The notes beneath the pieces were generated by a model. That model worked only from the letters and a program-made list of their open reading frames with translations, ran no database searches and was not told the origin of the DNA. A program made the translations under genes and the position numbers. Of a stretch of DNA of 64,000 bases, positions 44,198 to 55,329 are shown one piece after another. The DNA is taken from assembly GCA_025558095.1 (NCBI GenBank), contig JAIVFI010000013.1, positions 434,001-498,000 of the forward strand. The letters run 5' to 3'. This DNA is from Hyaloraphidium curvatum SAG 235-1 (lineage: Eukaryota; Fungi; Monoblepharomycota). Numbering within the stretch: the stretch's first letter is position 1; every line of letters begins with the position of its first letter.

Positions 44198-46420
44198 ATG
44201 TCGACGGCGTCGCTTGACGGCGCCCCGTCGCCGCCAGGGAACGATGGAGCTCCTCAGAGCGCTTCGGCTGCTGCGGTGTCAGACGTGCCCTCGGCATTCC
44301 GAGTCCTGTACACTCGGATTGCAAGACTGGATTCACAAATCTCCGCCGGCCTTGCGACCCTGCAGGACGCGGACGATTACCTGAAGGAAAAGGCCAACCT
44401 GGAGAGAGAAATGGGCGAAAAGCTTCAAGCGGTGGCGAAGAAGTGGGTGCTTTCGTTACTCCGACGGGGCGGTCTCTGAACTAGGGCCACCCGACTCCGC
44501 GACGCTCCTTACCCCTGGAATCTTGCTGTCCTGTTTGGATATAAGATACCTCGACCGCAACGAAACTCGCCTCAGCACCCTCGTGCCAAAGACCCCGCCT
44601 TCGCCCGCCATCTCTGCCTTTTCGAACCTCCTGCACTCCCACATAGCATCGGCCAAGGCATTGGCGGCGCAAGGGACGCCCTGCCCGGACCTTGCAGGCA
44701 AGCAGAGCCTCCTTGCCGGCCTGTTGCAGCAGGCGCGCGAGTACGGCGCTACCCTGGACACGGAGGTCGTTCGCCCCGTCGTGGACTCGATTTCGAAGCT
44801 CAGAAAGGACCACGAAAATGCGAAACGCGTTGCTGCCGATGCCGCGGCCAGCTTGGCAAAGGACAAGGATCGCGACGACAAGGCCGTCACCAAGCTGGCC
44901 CTCGCGGCCGAGAGCGCCAGGATGGACGCTTGGGAGCGTGGGGTGGATCTCTCATTGGAAATCGAAGGTCTGGCGAATCTGCTCGAAGGAGTGCTCGGCG
45001 ATACGCAACCGTTCGACCCCATCAAGGCGGCGATGAACACCAGATGCGGGTTCCCTTGCCACTTGAACTATCTCTCGGGCAACTTGCACCAGTCTACGTT
45101 GGAGGCGCTGAAGGCCTCGCTGCTCGAGGTTTGCGCCAGCGACAGGCGTCGTGGGGAGTTTGAGCTCGCCAGGACGGGCGAGCTCGCGAACCTCATCGGG
45201 CCTGTGGACCCCGCCGTTGAGGCGCGTGTCATTCTGGAAAGTGCGGGCGGAAGTGGTGGCGTCGAAATCAAGCGAGGACGGGGCGAACTCGTGCTCCCCG
45301 TGGGCATCGAGATGTCCAACCCCGACGAGGAAGGCAGGTGAGGTGGACGTTTGCCGCGGCTTCGTATCGGAAGAATGACAGAGACCCGGACAGGATCTAT
45401 CTTCACAACAAGCACCTCCACCTCGCCGCGGCGCACGCTGTGATCTCAGCGCAGATCCTAAAATCGGCCACTGCGCTGTCGTCGACGCTTCCGACGTCGC
45501 AATCCCCGTACGGCGTCCACCCCTTTTCTCCTGCACCACTCTCTCCACCGGCGGTCCTCGTGCCTGCCAGGAAGCTCTCGGTGCTGCAGCTGCAGCTCAT
45601 CGTGCCCACGGCAGAACTCGGTGTCTTTTCCTCGCTTGCGTGCTTCGATCCTACCTTGCTCTCCCCGACGCACAACTTCCGGCCCCTCACCCTCTCCATC
45701 TCTACGACGCATTGCGACGTCTGCAGCAACGCGCTGCTCGGGATCGGCGTCGGTCTCAAATGCGAGCTGTGCGGGGCGCGTGTGCACACCGGGCAGTGCG
45801 AGATGAGATGTCCGACAAAATGCATGGGCAAGGGAGGAAAGGACGCGGTTTCCAAAGGATGGGTCGCAAAGCGCAAAGACGTCGTCGACCGTGCGATCGC
45901 GGACGCAAATGCACGCCGGGCCCAGCGGTCGTCCGTGCCCAACAGCAAGGTCCAGTCGAGGAATGGCTCGGCCGAGTTTACGCCTGCGACTTCGCCGCAA
46001 AGCTCCCAAGTAGCGGCAACTTACGGCAGGGCAACAGCCATGTACTCGTATGCGGCTCAGTCGCCGGACGAGCTGACTGTGCAGGAGGGCGAGGAGGTGG
46101 AGCTTTTGGAAGCAAACGGGCACGATCAGCCGTGGGTGCACGTTCGCGGCAATGCCGGGTCGGGGATTGTTCCGGCGTCGTACCTGAACTTTGGAAGCGG
46201 TGCATCGGCCGTTTCGGTTGCCCAGCCGGCAACGGAACGCTTGCAGGTGGGAGCGAGGATGACGATGGCGTTTACGCACACCCCGGGCGGGCAATCCGAG
46301 CTCGGTGCGGCTGAAGGGGAGGCCGTGGAGGTCACTGGATTGGACTTTGCGACGGAGGGATGGGTGAAGGTTCGATCGGCGAACGGAGAAGGACTGGTGC
46401 CAAAGAGCTATCTCGTGTGA
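44198..46420 (+). CDS. BZZ1: F-BAR + C1 + two SH3 protein (Bzz1-like)
   Basis: FCH-like YLKEKANLEREMGEKLQAVAKK. C1 HNFRP...CDVC...CELCGARVH..C...C. SH3s (AMYSYAAQSPDELTV...WVHV...GIVPASYL; GWVKV...GLVPKSYL). Confidence 0.85.
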
Positions 46421-46484
46421 TGCCGCCGTGGTGTATTCTCCCACATGTCAAATCTAAGCCACCTCTCAATCGACTTCTTGCGAT

Positions 46485-46800
46485 GACGTATAGTCAGAAA
46501 TGGGAGGAGAACGACAGAAACGACGTACATTGCTCACAATAGGCGAACACGATGTGGGCGTAGTATGCATCCGCAAGGCAGAACACCTGCAAGTTCCGGG
46601 AGGCAGTAGGGCGGCGCGATTGAGTTCCAGGAGCGAGGAGAGGTTTTGAATGAGGTTCCAAGAGTGGAAAGAGGTTCCAAAGTAGGATTGCAGGTTGGAG
46701 AAAGGCGGTAGGGCCAGTTCCGGGGGCGGGGGCGTGCTCGCGGTGAGCCGGTCGCCAAGCCGAGCCACTTCCCGCCCGCACGCACCTTGCTGTACACATG
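46485..46800 (-). repeat. Inverted partial duplicate (gene fragment) of the 5' part of the 42555 gene
   Basis: Contains the end of exon 1, the whole long intron 1, exon 2 (VFCLADAYYAHIVFAY) and part of intron 2, with few substitutions. No start codon or downstream exons. Confidence 0.93.
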
Positions 46801-46879
46801 GATGATCGACGGTTGGACGTTGCTGGGAAGAGATGGTGGTCTTTCGCGATGATGTGGTGTATTCCTCGAAGGATGCAAA

Positions 46880-48669
46880 CTAAGCAACGTCGCGATCCGA
46901 CTCCTTGGCGACCGCTTGCACGGCAGCGTCCGTCGGTGCAGCTCCAGCCTTGACTTCCACAGCCTCTTCTCGATCTGCGGGGCCATCGCTGGCCTTTGGC
47001 GCCCACAGCTCGTACCGAGTTCTCCACTGGTAACCACGTAGCCCAAGATAGCCCACCGCCACCCCGCAACATGCAACCAAGGCGGCCCACATCGTCAACC
47101 ACCAGGCGTGCATCGCCTCTGTGGCCTGGATGACGACGATGGGAGCGACTGCAGCCACTAAGTAGCGCCCGAGGTTGTACAAACTGATGATAGACGCAGA
47201 GTCCTTGGGGAAAATGTCAACAAGGAACGTTTGCAGAGGCGTGAGAACGATAAATTGGTTGAATCCGATGAGTGCTCCAGCAATGCAGATTACGTAGATG
47301 GGCAGGGCCTTGTACAGACCCCAGGCCATGAGCGTGATCCCCACGGGGAAGCCGACAAAGCCAGGCAACGTGACACGTAATCGCCATTCAGGAATACCGG
47401 GTCCTCCCTGCTTACGCGACTGCCGGATAGCCCAGTCGGCCAAGAAGCCCGCGACGATGTTGCCCGGAATGTTGGCGATCGTGTGCGGCAGGTACAAGAG
47501 TCCGACTTGCGCAGAGGTGATGCCCGGGTACGCCTGCTGAAGTTCCCTGCTGTAGTTGCTTATGTAACTGAACACCGAAAACATTAGCAGGACTGCTACA
47601 AGCACTGCTATTGAAACGAAGCTGTATTTGAGGTAGGTGATCGCCCGGAAGGGGTTCGGCCGCTGGCGCTTTGCCTTAGCTCCAGGAGTCAAATCCAGGG
47701 TCTCCGGAAGGAAGAAGGCGATGCAGAGGGTGACAATGAGACCGCAAGCTGTGAAGGGTAGACGTTTAGCACCACGTTGCGTCCTTTGGCAGCAAACCAC
47801 CGACCTGCGAGCAAGGCAAACGTCCAGCGCCAAGTGGCGTACTCCGCAAGCAAACCACCAATCGGCGGAGCAATTGCAGGTCCGGCCAAGGGGCCTAGGT
47901 AAAAGGCGGAGAACGCACGGGCTCGCTCTCCGATCAAGAACACATCCGAGATTGTGCCCGCGCCGACCGAGAGCACGGAAGAGCCTCCCAATCCTTGAAG
48001 CACGCGACAGAACAGCAGAACGCCAATGTTCGGGCTCAATCCACAGCCGACGCAGCCCGCAATGAAGACTGTCAAAGAGATGAGGTACACCGGCCGCCGG
48101 CCCCAGGTGTCCGCCAGCGTACCCCATCCCAAGGGGCCGATCGCGAGCGCAAGCAAGTACAGGGTCAGACTCAGATTCACCTTGGGGTGCATAAGAGATC
48201 ATGAGAACTGCGACTCGTGCATAACGGCTCCACTGACCAGCATGGCAGACGTGTCCAGATCGGTTTGGATATCGAGAAGCATGGGCAAGTAAATGCCGGT
48301 CCCAAGAGGGACGAGGAATGCTCCGAAGGCCACGATGGCAAGGATCAGGCCCTTCCGGGCCTTGGAGAAGTCCTGCTTGCCGTTTGGCGGCACCTTGGCG
48401 CCGTAGAGAAAGAGATTGATCATCGTCCGCGACGTGGAATGCTCCCCGGGCGGAGGCTCCTCGCTTCGCGACGTCCAGTCCTCTCCCGGTGGAGATTCCG
48501 CGATTTGAGACGTCAAATTCTTCCCGGGCGGAGGCTCCGCGATGGAAGTGTGCTCCGGTGCGCCGAAGTCCGCGGGTTCCGGGAGCGGTTCCTGTTCCAA
48601 CGGTTCGAGCGTCCGCGACTCCGAGTGCTCCGGTTCCTGCTCCGCGACATCTCCCGAACTCGCTGCCAT
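46880..48669 (-). CDS. MFS drug:H+ antiporter (DHA1; Qdr/Aqr/Dtr1-like)
   Basis: IYLPML..I..DL. Motif A GTLADTWGRRPVY, RVLQGLGGSSVLSVGAGTISDVF...ERARA, PEWRL, QTFLVDIFP. Confidence 0.9.
48440..48555 (-). repeat. Three degenerate 39-bp (13-aa) tandem repeats in the MFS N-terminal tail
   Basis: TSIAEPPPGKNL / TSQIAESPPGEDW / TSRSEEPPPGEHS. Confidence 0.75.
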
Positions 48670-48883
48670 TGCGCTCGCAGCTTCTGAGCGATCACGATCA
48701 GGCACGTTGGGAGAGTGGGGGCGGCCAAATGTCCAGCCGTGCCGGGACTCGGGAGGCACCGCCCGATCACTACCCACCCATCGATCCCGGCCTAGCTGGT
48801 GGTCGGCCGCGCTCGAGACGATGATGTTCCAGTGGCAGATGCGGTGTCATGTTCTCTTTCCTTACTCATAATATTAGACAGAG

Positions 48884-49810
48884 CTATCTGAAGGCGATGC
48901 CCTTCGCGTCCTCGACAATCTCCGTCCCTCTCCTTCCCTCGAGGATCGCCTCGAGATCAGCAAGCCCGCCGATCAGCGCACGTTTCCCGGCGGCACGGGC
49001 AAACTCGCATGCTGCCTCAATCTTGGGACCCATCGAGCCGGCAGGAAAGTCGATGGCCTCCAGATCCGCCGGGCTCGCGCGCGATATCGATCGCTGCCCA
49101 GGCTTCCCGTAGTCCATGTACACGCTGTCCACGTCGGTCAGCATCACGAGGGCGTCGGCATCCAGCTGACGAGCAAGCAGCGACGAGGCAAGGTCCTTGT
49201 CCACCACGGCCTCGATTCCATCTAGCCTCGGTCCTCTCATCACTGTCGGGATACCACCCCCGCCGGCACAGATCACGATCGTGCCGCGCTCCAAGAGCCA
49301 CCGAATCGGTCGGTCCTCGATGATCTTGAGCGGTTTGGGACTCGCCACGACCCGGCGCCAGAGCTTCCCGTCCAGCTTGAAGGTCCACCCGAGCTCTGCA
49401 GCCAGCCGGTCGGCATCCTCTTTGGCGTATTGCGGTCCGATGAATTTGGTTGGGTTTGAGAACGCGGGATCGGCTCCGTCAACCTCGACCATTGTCAGGA
49501 GGGTCGCCAGGGGCTGCTCCTCGGGCAAGACATTGCCGAGCTCTTGTTCGAGGATATACCCCACCATCCCCTCAGTTTCCGCGTCGAGCACGTCCAAGGG
49601 CCACGCTTTGTCCGGCTGCTTGGGATTCTGGAGCGCGAGCAGGCCTACTTGGGGCCCGTTTCCGTGCGAAATGACAAGCTGGTGCCGCATCGCGACCGCG
49701 GCCAATGCCTTTGCCGCGGCGCGAACGTTGATCCTCTGGGCCACCGCCGTCATCGGCTCGCCGCGTCGGAGGAGCGCATTTCCGCCTAAGGCCACCACCA
49801 GACGTTGCAT
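48884..49810 (-). CDS. arcC: Carbamate kinase, intronless, prokaryote-type
   Basis: [67 protein letters not shown]; 308 aa. Confidence 0.97.
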   Translation of the reverse strand: MQRLVVALGGNALLRRGEPMTAVAQRINVRAAAKALAAVAMRHQLVISHGNGPQVGLLALQNPKQPDKAWPLDVLDAETEGMVGYILEQELGNVLPEEQPLATLLTMVEVDGADPAFSNPTKFIGPQYAKEDADRLAAELGWTFKLDGKLWRRVVASPKPLKIIEDRPIRWLLERGTIVICAGGGGIPTVMRGPRLDGIEAVVDKDLASSLLARQLDADALVMLTDVDSVYMDYGKPGQRSISRASPADLEAIDFPAGSMGPKIEAACEFARAAGKRALIGGLADLEAILEGRRGTEIVEDAKGIAFR

Positions 49811-50043
49811 TTCGGTCTTAGAGAGCTACCCGGGTAGGGCACACTCCCAAAGGACCGGTGGAATGAGCACGGTTTGTTGAATGAGCAGCTTTGTAATGAG
49901 CGCAGTTTGGTGCAGCCCGCCAAAGGACCCGGACTCGAAAGAGGCACCAAGTCCTCGTCGATGCCTGTGATTCGCGCGCGCCGGGTGGCGGAGCAAGACT
50001 GACTCACAACGAACCACAAACTCCGGTTCACATTTGCGCACCG
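49811..50043. promoter_or_regulatory. Shared bidirectional promoter of the arcC / arcE-like pair
   Basis: 233 bp between divergent ATGs. Three AATGAGC(N3-4)TTTG direct repeats (49862-49909) and TGACTCA at 50000-50006. Confidence 0.55.
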
Positions 50044-51614
50044 ATGGCCCGAGAAATCAACCCGGAAGCGAAGCAGGAGCGCGTCCTCATCTTGGGCGCT
50101 GCCGGTGAGGCACGATTCGCTGCCGGTTCGAGCTCCGGATCGCTGACATGTCGACCTTCGCCGGACCGCTCCTCTGCGCCGCACTTGGGACAGGCCGCGA
50201 CTTCCACAACTTCCAATGCCTTTACCGCGAAGGCAGCCGCGACAACGCCGTGGTCGTCGGCTTCACCGCGGCCCAGATACCCCATATCGACGCCCGGCGC
50301 TACCCGGCCTCGCTCGCCGGACCTCTTTACCCCGATGGCCTCCCCATCTGGCCTGAAGCGGACCTCGAAAAAGTCATCAAAGACCAGAAAGTCACCCGCT
50401 GCATGCTGGCGTACAGCGACCTCTCGGACGGGGACGTGATGAAGATCGCCGCACGCTGCCTTGCCGCCGGCGCCGAGTTCTTCCTCGTGCCGCCGGACAG
50501 GACCATGCTCCCGGCCAGGAAGCCCGTCGTCGCCACCTGTGCAGTCCGCACCGGGTGCGGCAAGTCGCAGGTGTCGAGATACGTCATCGAGGCGCTGAAG
50601 AAGCACGGCAAGAGCTGCGTGCTCGTGCGGCATCCGATGCCGTGCGTTTCTCGGCTCAAACCTCCACGCCAAGTGCCTGATCACCGACCGCCCTTCGCAG
50701 ATACGGCGACCTGGCCAAGCAGGCCGTCCAGCGCTTCGAGACCTTCGACGACCTGGACAAGCACGGCGTGACGATCGAGGAGCGGGAGGAGTACGAGCAG
50801 CACATCAAGGCCGGCACCATCGTCTACGCTGGAGTCGACTACCACGCTATTCTTGAGGCCGCGCAGTCGGAGCCGACCGCGGACGTGGTCATCTTTGATG
50901 GCGGCAACAACGACACCCCCTTCTTCAAGCCAGACCTTTGGATCTGCGTCGCCGACCCGCACCGCGCCGGTCACGAGCTCTCCTACTACCCGGGCTCGCT
51001 CAACTTCGCCATGGCGGACGCCATAGTCATCAACAAGGCGAACACGGCCGATCCGGACAAGGTCGAGGCCGTGAAGAAGGCCGCGGCCAAGTACAACCCC
51101 AAGGCCCGGGTGTACGTGACCAACTCGGAGCTCGAGGCCGACGATCCCTCCGCCATCAAGGGCAAGAAGGTCCTGGTGGTGGGTGGTCTTCCGACCGCGA
51201 CATCCGCAGCAAGACATCGCTCATCGCACGCATCCGCCGCAGGTGGACGACGGCCCGACCCTCACGCACGGCGGCATGCCCTACGGCGCCGGCCGCTTCG
51301 CTGCGGAAAAGTTCGGCGCGGCCGAGGTCGCCGACCCCCGGCCCTACTTCGTCGGCTCCATCAATGAGACCTTTGCCAAATACCCGCACCTCGGCAAGCT
51401 CGTCCCCGCCATGGGTTACTGGCCCGAGCAGATCCGAGACCTGGAGGAGACCATCAACGCCGTGCCCTGCGACTCGGTGGTCATCGCCACGCCGATGGAC
51501 CTGCGGAGGGTCGTCAGGATCGACAAGCCCGCGGCCGTGGTGACTTACGCGGTGCGCGACCGCGAGGCGCCGTTCCTGAGCGAGGCGGTCGATGCGATGG
51601 TCGCCAAGCAGTGA
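50044..51614 (+). CDS. arcE: COG2403 / cyclic 2,3-diphosphoglycerate synthetase-like P-loop protein; probable arginine synthetase (ArcE family)
   Basis: Spliced (introns 50105-50193, 50642-50700, 51179-51242): RVLILGAAGRDFHNF...GFTAAQIPHID.R.YP..LAGPLYPDGLPIW.E...AVRTGCGKSQVS...RHPMPYGDL..Q.VQRF...TIEEREEYEQHI...DGGNND.PF...VINK...DGPTLTHGGM...PAMGY...ATPMDL. Confidence 0.82.
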
Positions 51615-51911
51615 CGCGGCGATCGGGCGTGCAGATATCACCTCCTACGCCGGGTCCAGATGTACATATCGAAAAAGGGCCCATTGTACATAGAAAGAGA
51701 GCAGAGAACATTGAGTCAATGCCCTTTCCGGTTTGATTTCGAACGGATCTGTAGACGTTCTGTCTGACGTCATAGGGTTCTCGGTGGAGCTTCCACCAAG
51801 AAATCTACCCTGGAACCTCGCACATTCAAAAGGGCAGCACCCCCCTCCCCGTGCAAAGCACACCTCCGAAACGCCAGCGAAGCAAGCATCCGACCCCTCC
51901 GCCCCGAAGCC

Positions 51912-52157
51912 ATGGCCTCCGCACCCGCGCCCTGCACCCCCAACGCCTGGTTCGACGCCGTCCCCCGGCACGACCCCTCGGCCATCGGCACCAAGGTGCC
52001 CGCCCCCGCGCCGGCGCAGAAGGCGCCCGCACCCGCCGACGCCAAGGACGCGCAGCGCCAGGCGGGGGGCCAGCCGGCGCTGCTTTCGCCCGAGAGCGCG
52101 AGCAAGACGTGCCGCTGGTTCGCGGTGCACGTCGCCGGGCCGAAGGCCAAGCTTTGA
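51912..52157 (+). CDS. Small 81-aa protein ending in AKL (possible PTS1)
   Basis: ATG in GCCATGG context, strong GC3 bias like neighbouring genes, C-terminal -PKAKL*. Confidence 0.5.
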   Translation: MASAPAPCTPNAWFDAVPRHDPSAIGTKVPAPAPAQKAPAPADAKDAQRQAGGQPALLSPESASKTCRWFAVHVAGPKAKL

Positions 52158-52845
52158 ACGCCGGCCTTGACCGGGTCTCCTTTGTGGAGCATGGACTCCT
52201 TGAACGCTGCGCGAACGATGCGCGTGGGTGCCTCGAAGGCGGCAGGCCGCGTGCTCCCTGGTTGGCGTGGGCAACGCTGCGCGACGAGCGGGCTGGAAGC
52301 CTCCAAGCCTCTTTGAACTATCGTCCTGATTCGCGAAGTTGTCTGCTGGCGGTTATCTCGTGGTGTATGTCTCTGACTGGTCATGGAATGTGAAACTGTG
52401 CACAAATGACTGTTCCGTTGAAGACTGCAAAGGTCTGTCCGCGATCGAGACCGATGCCGAGGTGACGTCCAAACACCATAGATGGGTTCGGGCTAACGCT
52501 GCGCAGCGTTGCATCCGCCATGGTGTCGGATGTCGGGGTGCCGGGTGTGCACGCTGCCCACGTGAAGGCCTGCAGGGTACGCACGCATCCGAGGCAGTTC
52601 CAGCGACGGTCCACCGGCGGATCCTGGGGCCCTCCAGCTTCATCTCCAATACCTGTGCTTGCTTCGCAGGGGCTCCGTCCCCTTGCGTTGTGCCTCCGTG
52701 TGTTTGCCCTTCGCCAGCGTCGGCTGAATCGTCGGCAGCAATCCGGTGACTCCTCCCCAGCAAAACACAGGGCATTGCGCCCTCTCCCCGGCTCCTCCTA
52801 CTTTCCCTGGCCACGCGCGCGCCGCTGGCGGCGGCCCCCCTCGTC

Positions 52846-54512
52846 ATGCGCCTCCGCACCGCCGCGCGGGGCTTCGCGACGATCCCGCTGCCGTCGCTCC
52901 TTGCCCGGCTCACCGGGCGGGCGCCCTCGACGGCGCAGGCGACGGCCGACGGGCCCGCTGGCGGCGAGAAGCTGCCCTCGGCGGATCCGCGCGCGTGGGG
53001 CGACAGGCTGTCGGCGCTCGTCGCGCGGGGCGAGGTGCGGGCGCCGCGGGGCGCGGTGGTCCTCTGCCACGGTGCGTTCCTCACGGGGGCTGGAGCCGGT
53101 GGATTTGGGCTATTTAAGGCGAATGCCGGTTCGGGGCGGACCCGGGGGGCCCGCGGGACGGAATGCGGGCCGGGGAAAGACCGGGATCGGGTGGGACCGG
53201 GGGGGTCGGGTGCCGCGGCGGGGCGGTCAGGCGGCACGTGAAGGCGCAAAACAGACGGAGAGGATGCTATTTGTGCCGGTGGAAGGCTGAAGGCGGCTCC
53301 GGGAGGGCCTGGCTGCCTCCACCGCCCCGACATTTCGGGCAGCGGCTGACCCCCCCGCCCGCCGCCCTCCAGGCCTCTTTGGCTTCGACAAGCGGGTGAT
53401 CCTGCCCTTCCTGGTGGACCACTACTGGTCCGACATTTCGCTGGCGCTCGAGCGGATCGGCTGCAAGGTCCTGGTGGCCCGGGTGCCCTCGACGGGCGAC
53501 GTCCGCGCGCGGGCCTGGGCGCTGCGCCGCGTGGTGGAGCAGGTCGACGGGCCGGTGAACCTGCTCGCGCACTCGATGGTGGGTTGCGATCACGGGGATA
53601 CGGATCGACGGCTGACGTGGCCGGCAGGGCGGGCTCGACGCCCGGTACCTCCTCTCGCACCTCCCCCCCACCGCCAACCCGGTGCTCTCCCTGACCACCA
53701 TCTCGACGCCGCACCGCGGCTCCCCCTTCATGGACTACCTCCGCGACGTCCTCGGCGTCGGCTTCCGCTACGACGACCCGCACCTCCGCGAGGAGCTGCA
53801 CCGGCGCGCGGCCCGCGTGGGCGGCGAATCCGACCGCGCGGGACGGACGCGGCAGCTCGCGCGGTCGTTCGAGGCGCTCGAGGGCACCGCCGGCGACGGC
53901 GATCACCCTTCGAGGGCCGAGGCGTCCCCGCTCCGTGCCGCGCTCGAGAGCGCGGCCGAGGCATCCCGCGAGCACCGCGCCGCGGGCGTGGATGCCGCGG
54001 ATGCCGAGGCCGACGCGCTGCTCCCTCCCCCCCCTGACCCTTCCGCCCCCTTTCCTTCGATACCCCGGCGCAACGAGTCCGCCCTGCGGCACCTCTTCGC
54101 ACCCCTGGACCGGCCGGCGTACCACGCCCTTACGACCGATTTCTGCACGCGCGTGTTCAACCCCCTCACCCCCGACCGCCCGGGAACGGCGTACTTTTCG
54201 TACGGCGCGCGCGCGGACGAGCCGCCGCGGGGCAACCTCCTCCGCTTCTCGTGGGGCGTCGTGCGCCGCCGCGAGGGGGACAACGACGGCCTGGTGAGCC
54301 TCGGCAGCGCGCGGTGGGGCGAATACCTGGGGACGGTGGATGCGGACCACTGGGTGGGTACGGCGCGTCGGGGCTGTGCAGGCGCCGACTCACCGCGTCC
54401 GGATCGGCAGGATCTGAACGGGCGGTGGCGGGTCAAGCCCGGGGGGAAGCGGTTCGATGCGCCGGGGTTCTGGGTCGGCGTGGCGACGCGGCTGTGGGAG
54501 AGGGGATTCTAG
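52846..54512 (+). CDS. TGL2: Triacylglycerol lipase (Tgl2-like alpha/beta hydrolase)
   Basis: VVLCHG-LFGFD...YW, NLLAHSMGGLDARYL, LTTISTPHRGS, NDGLVS..SARWGEYLG...DH.DL. Confidence 0.88.
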
Positions 54513-55329
54513 GCGGGAGCGGGGATGGTTCCGGGTGGATGGGGATACGCCCGAGACAAGGGCGACGCCGCCCGGAAAGGTGGCTGCGGACGAAGGTGAA
54601 ACGTCCGCGCGGATGTTGTGTGGGAGCATTTCAAACCAGCGAAATGCGATTCTACGAACCCGATGCTCAAGGGACCGGTGGGGCGGAGTCTGGTTCACAC
54701 ACTGCCATCAGATCGCGACGGCCAAGGCTCCAGACGCCAAGCGCAGTCCGATAAGCATTTCGTGCCGGCGGCGAATAGAAGCTATGCCTGCGTCGCTTCT
54801 TTGTGGTTCTAGGAGGGGCGGCCGGCGGTCTCCCATGCCGGCGATCGCATTGGCGGCGAAAGGGGTCCAAAGGCTGTGAGTTCGGGGGCTCGACCCCTGA
54901 TTTGCGGGCGGCGTGCGGTCCCCGCATCAGCTGCGTCCCTGGCGTGCCGGACCGCCCCGGACGATCCCGGATGCGCGGAATTACTCTGAAAGTGCTGCCG
55001 GACAGGTAGCGGTAGGGTGGCGAGCAAACTTTGCTCCCGAGTCGGCCCTGCGGCCGGATCATCCCATGCCGACGAAACCGGTCGGCACGGTCCCTCTGGG
55101 GTGACACCGAAGCGAATCCTGCCGCCGCCGGATGGCCGTGGCTCCGGAGAACATTGTTGGATGGGCGGCCGGCCGCCGGCGGCGTTTGCGGGCGCGAGGG
55201 GGGGGGAGGCGGCGAGGATTCGCGGCGTTACTGGCCGCGTGGGTCCGGACCACTCGATGATCGAGTCAAGGCACCGTCATTTGGCTCGTCTTACTCACTG
55301 CCACCGGCACTTCCCCCGCCCGTTGCACC

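Noticed and set aside
42600-46800. Inverted repeats as TIRs of a DNA transposon
   Set aside because: The repeat is exon/intron sequence of a host gene, no transposase lies inside, and no target-site duplication is evident.
48884-49810. Bacterial contamination of the assembly
   Set aside because: Flanked closely on both sides by intron-containing genes of similar composition, and the partner gene is itself spliced.
50044-51614. Literal annotation as cyclic 2,3-diphosphoglycerate synthetase
   Set aside because: No 2-phosphoglycerate kinase partner. The GAAGRDFHNF N-terminus and linkage to carbamate kinase fit the ArcE subfamily better. Not excluded without phylogeny.
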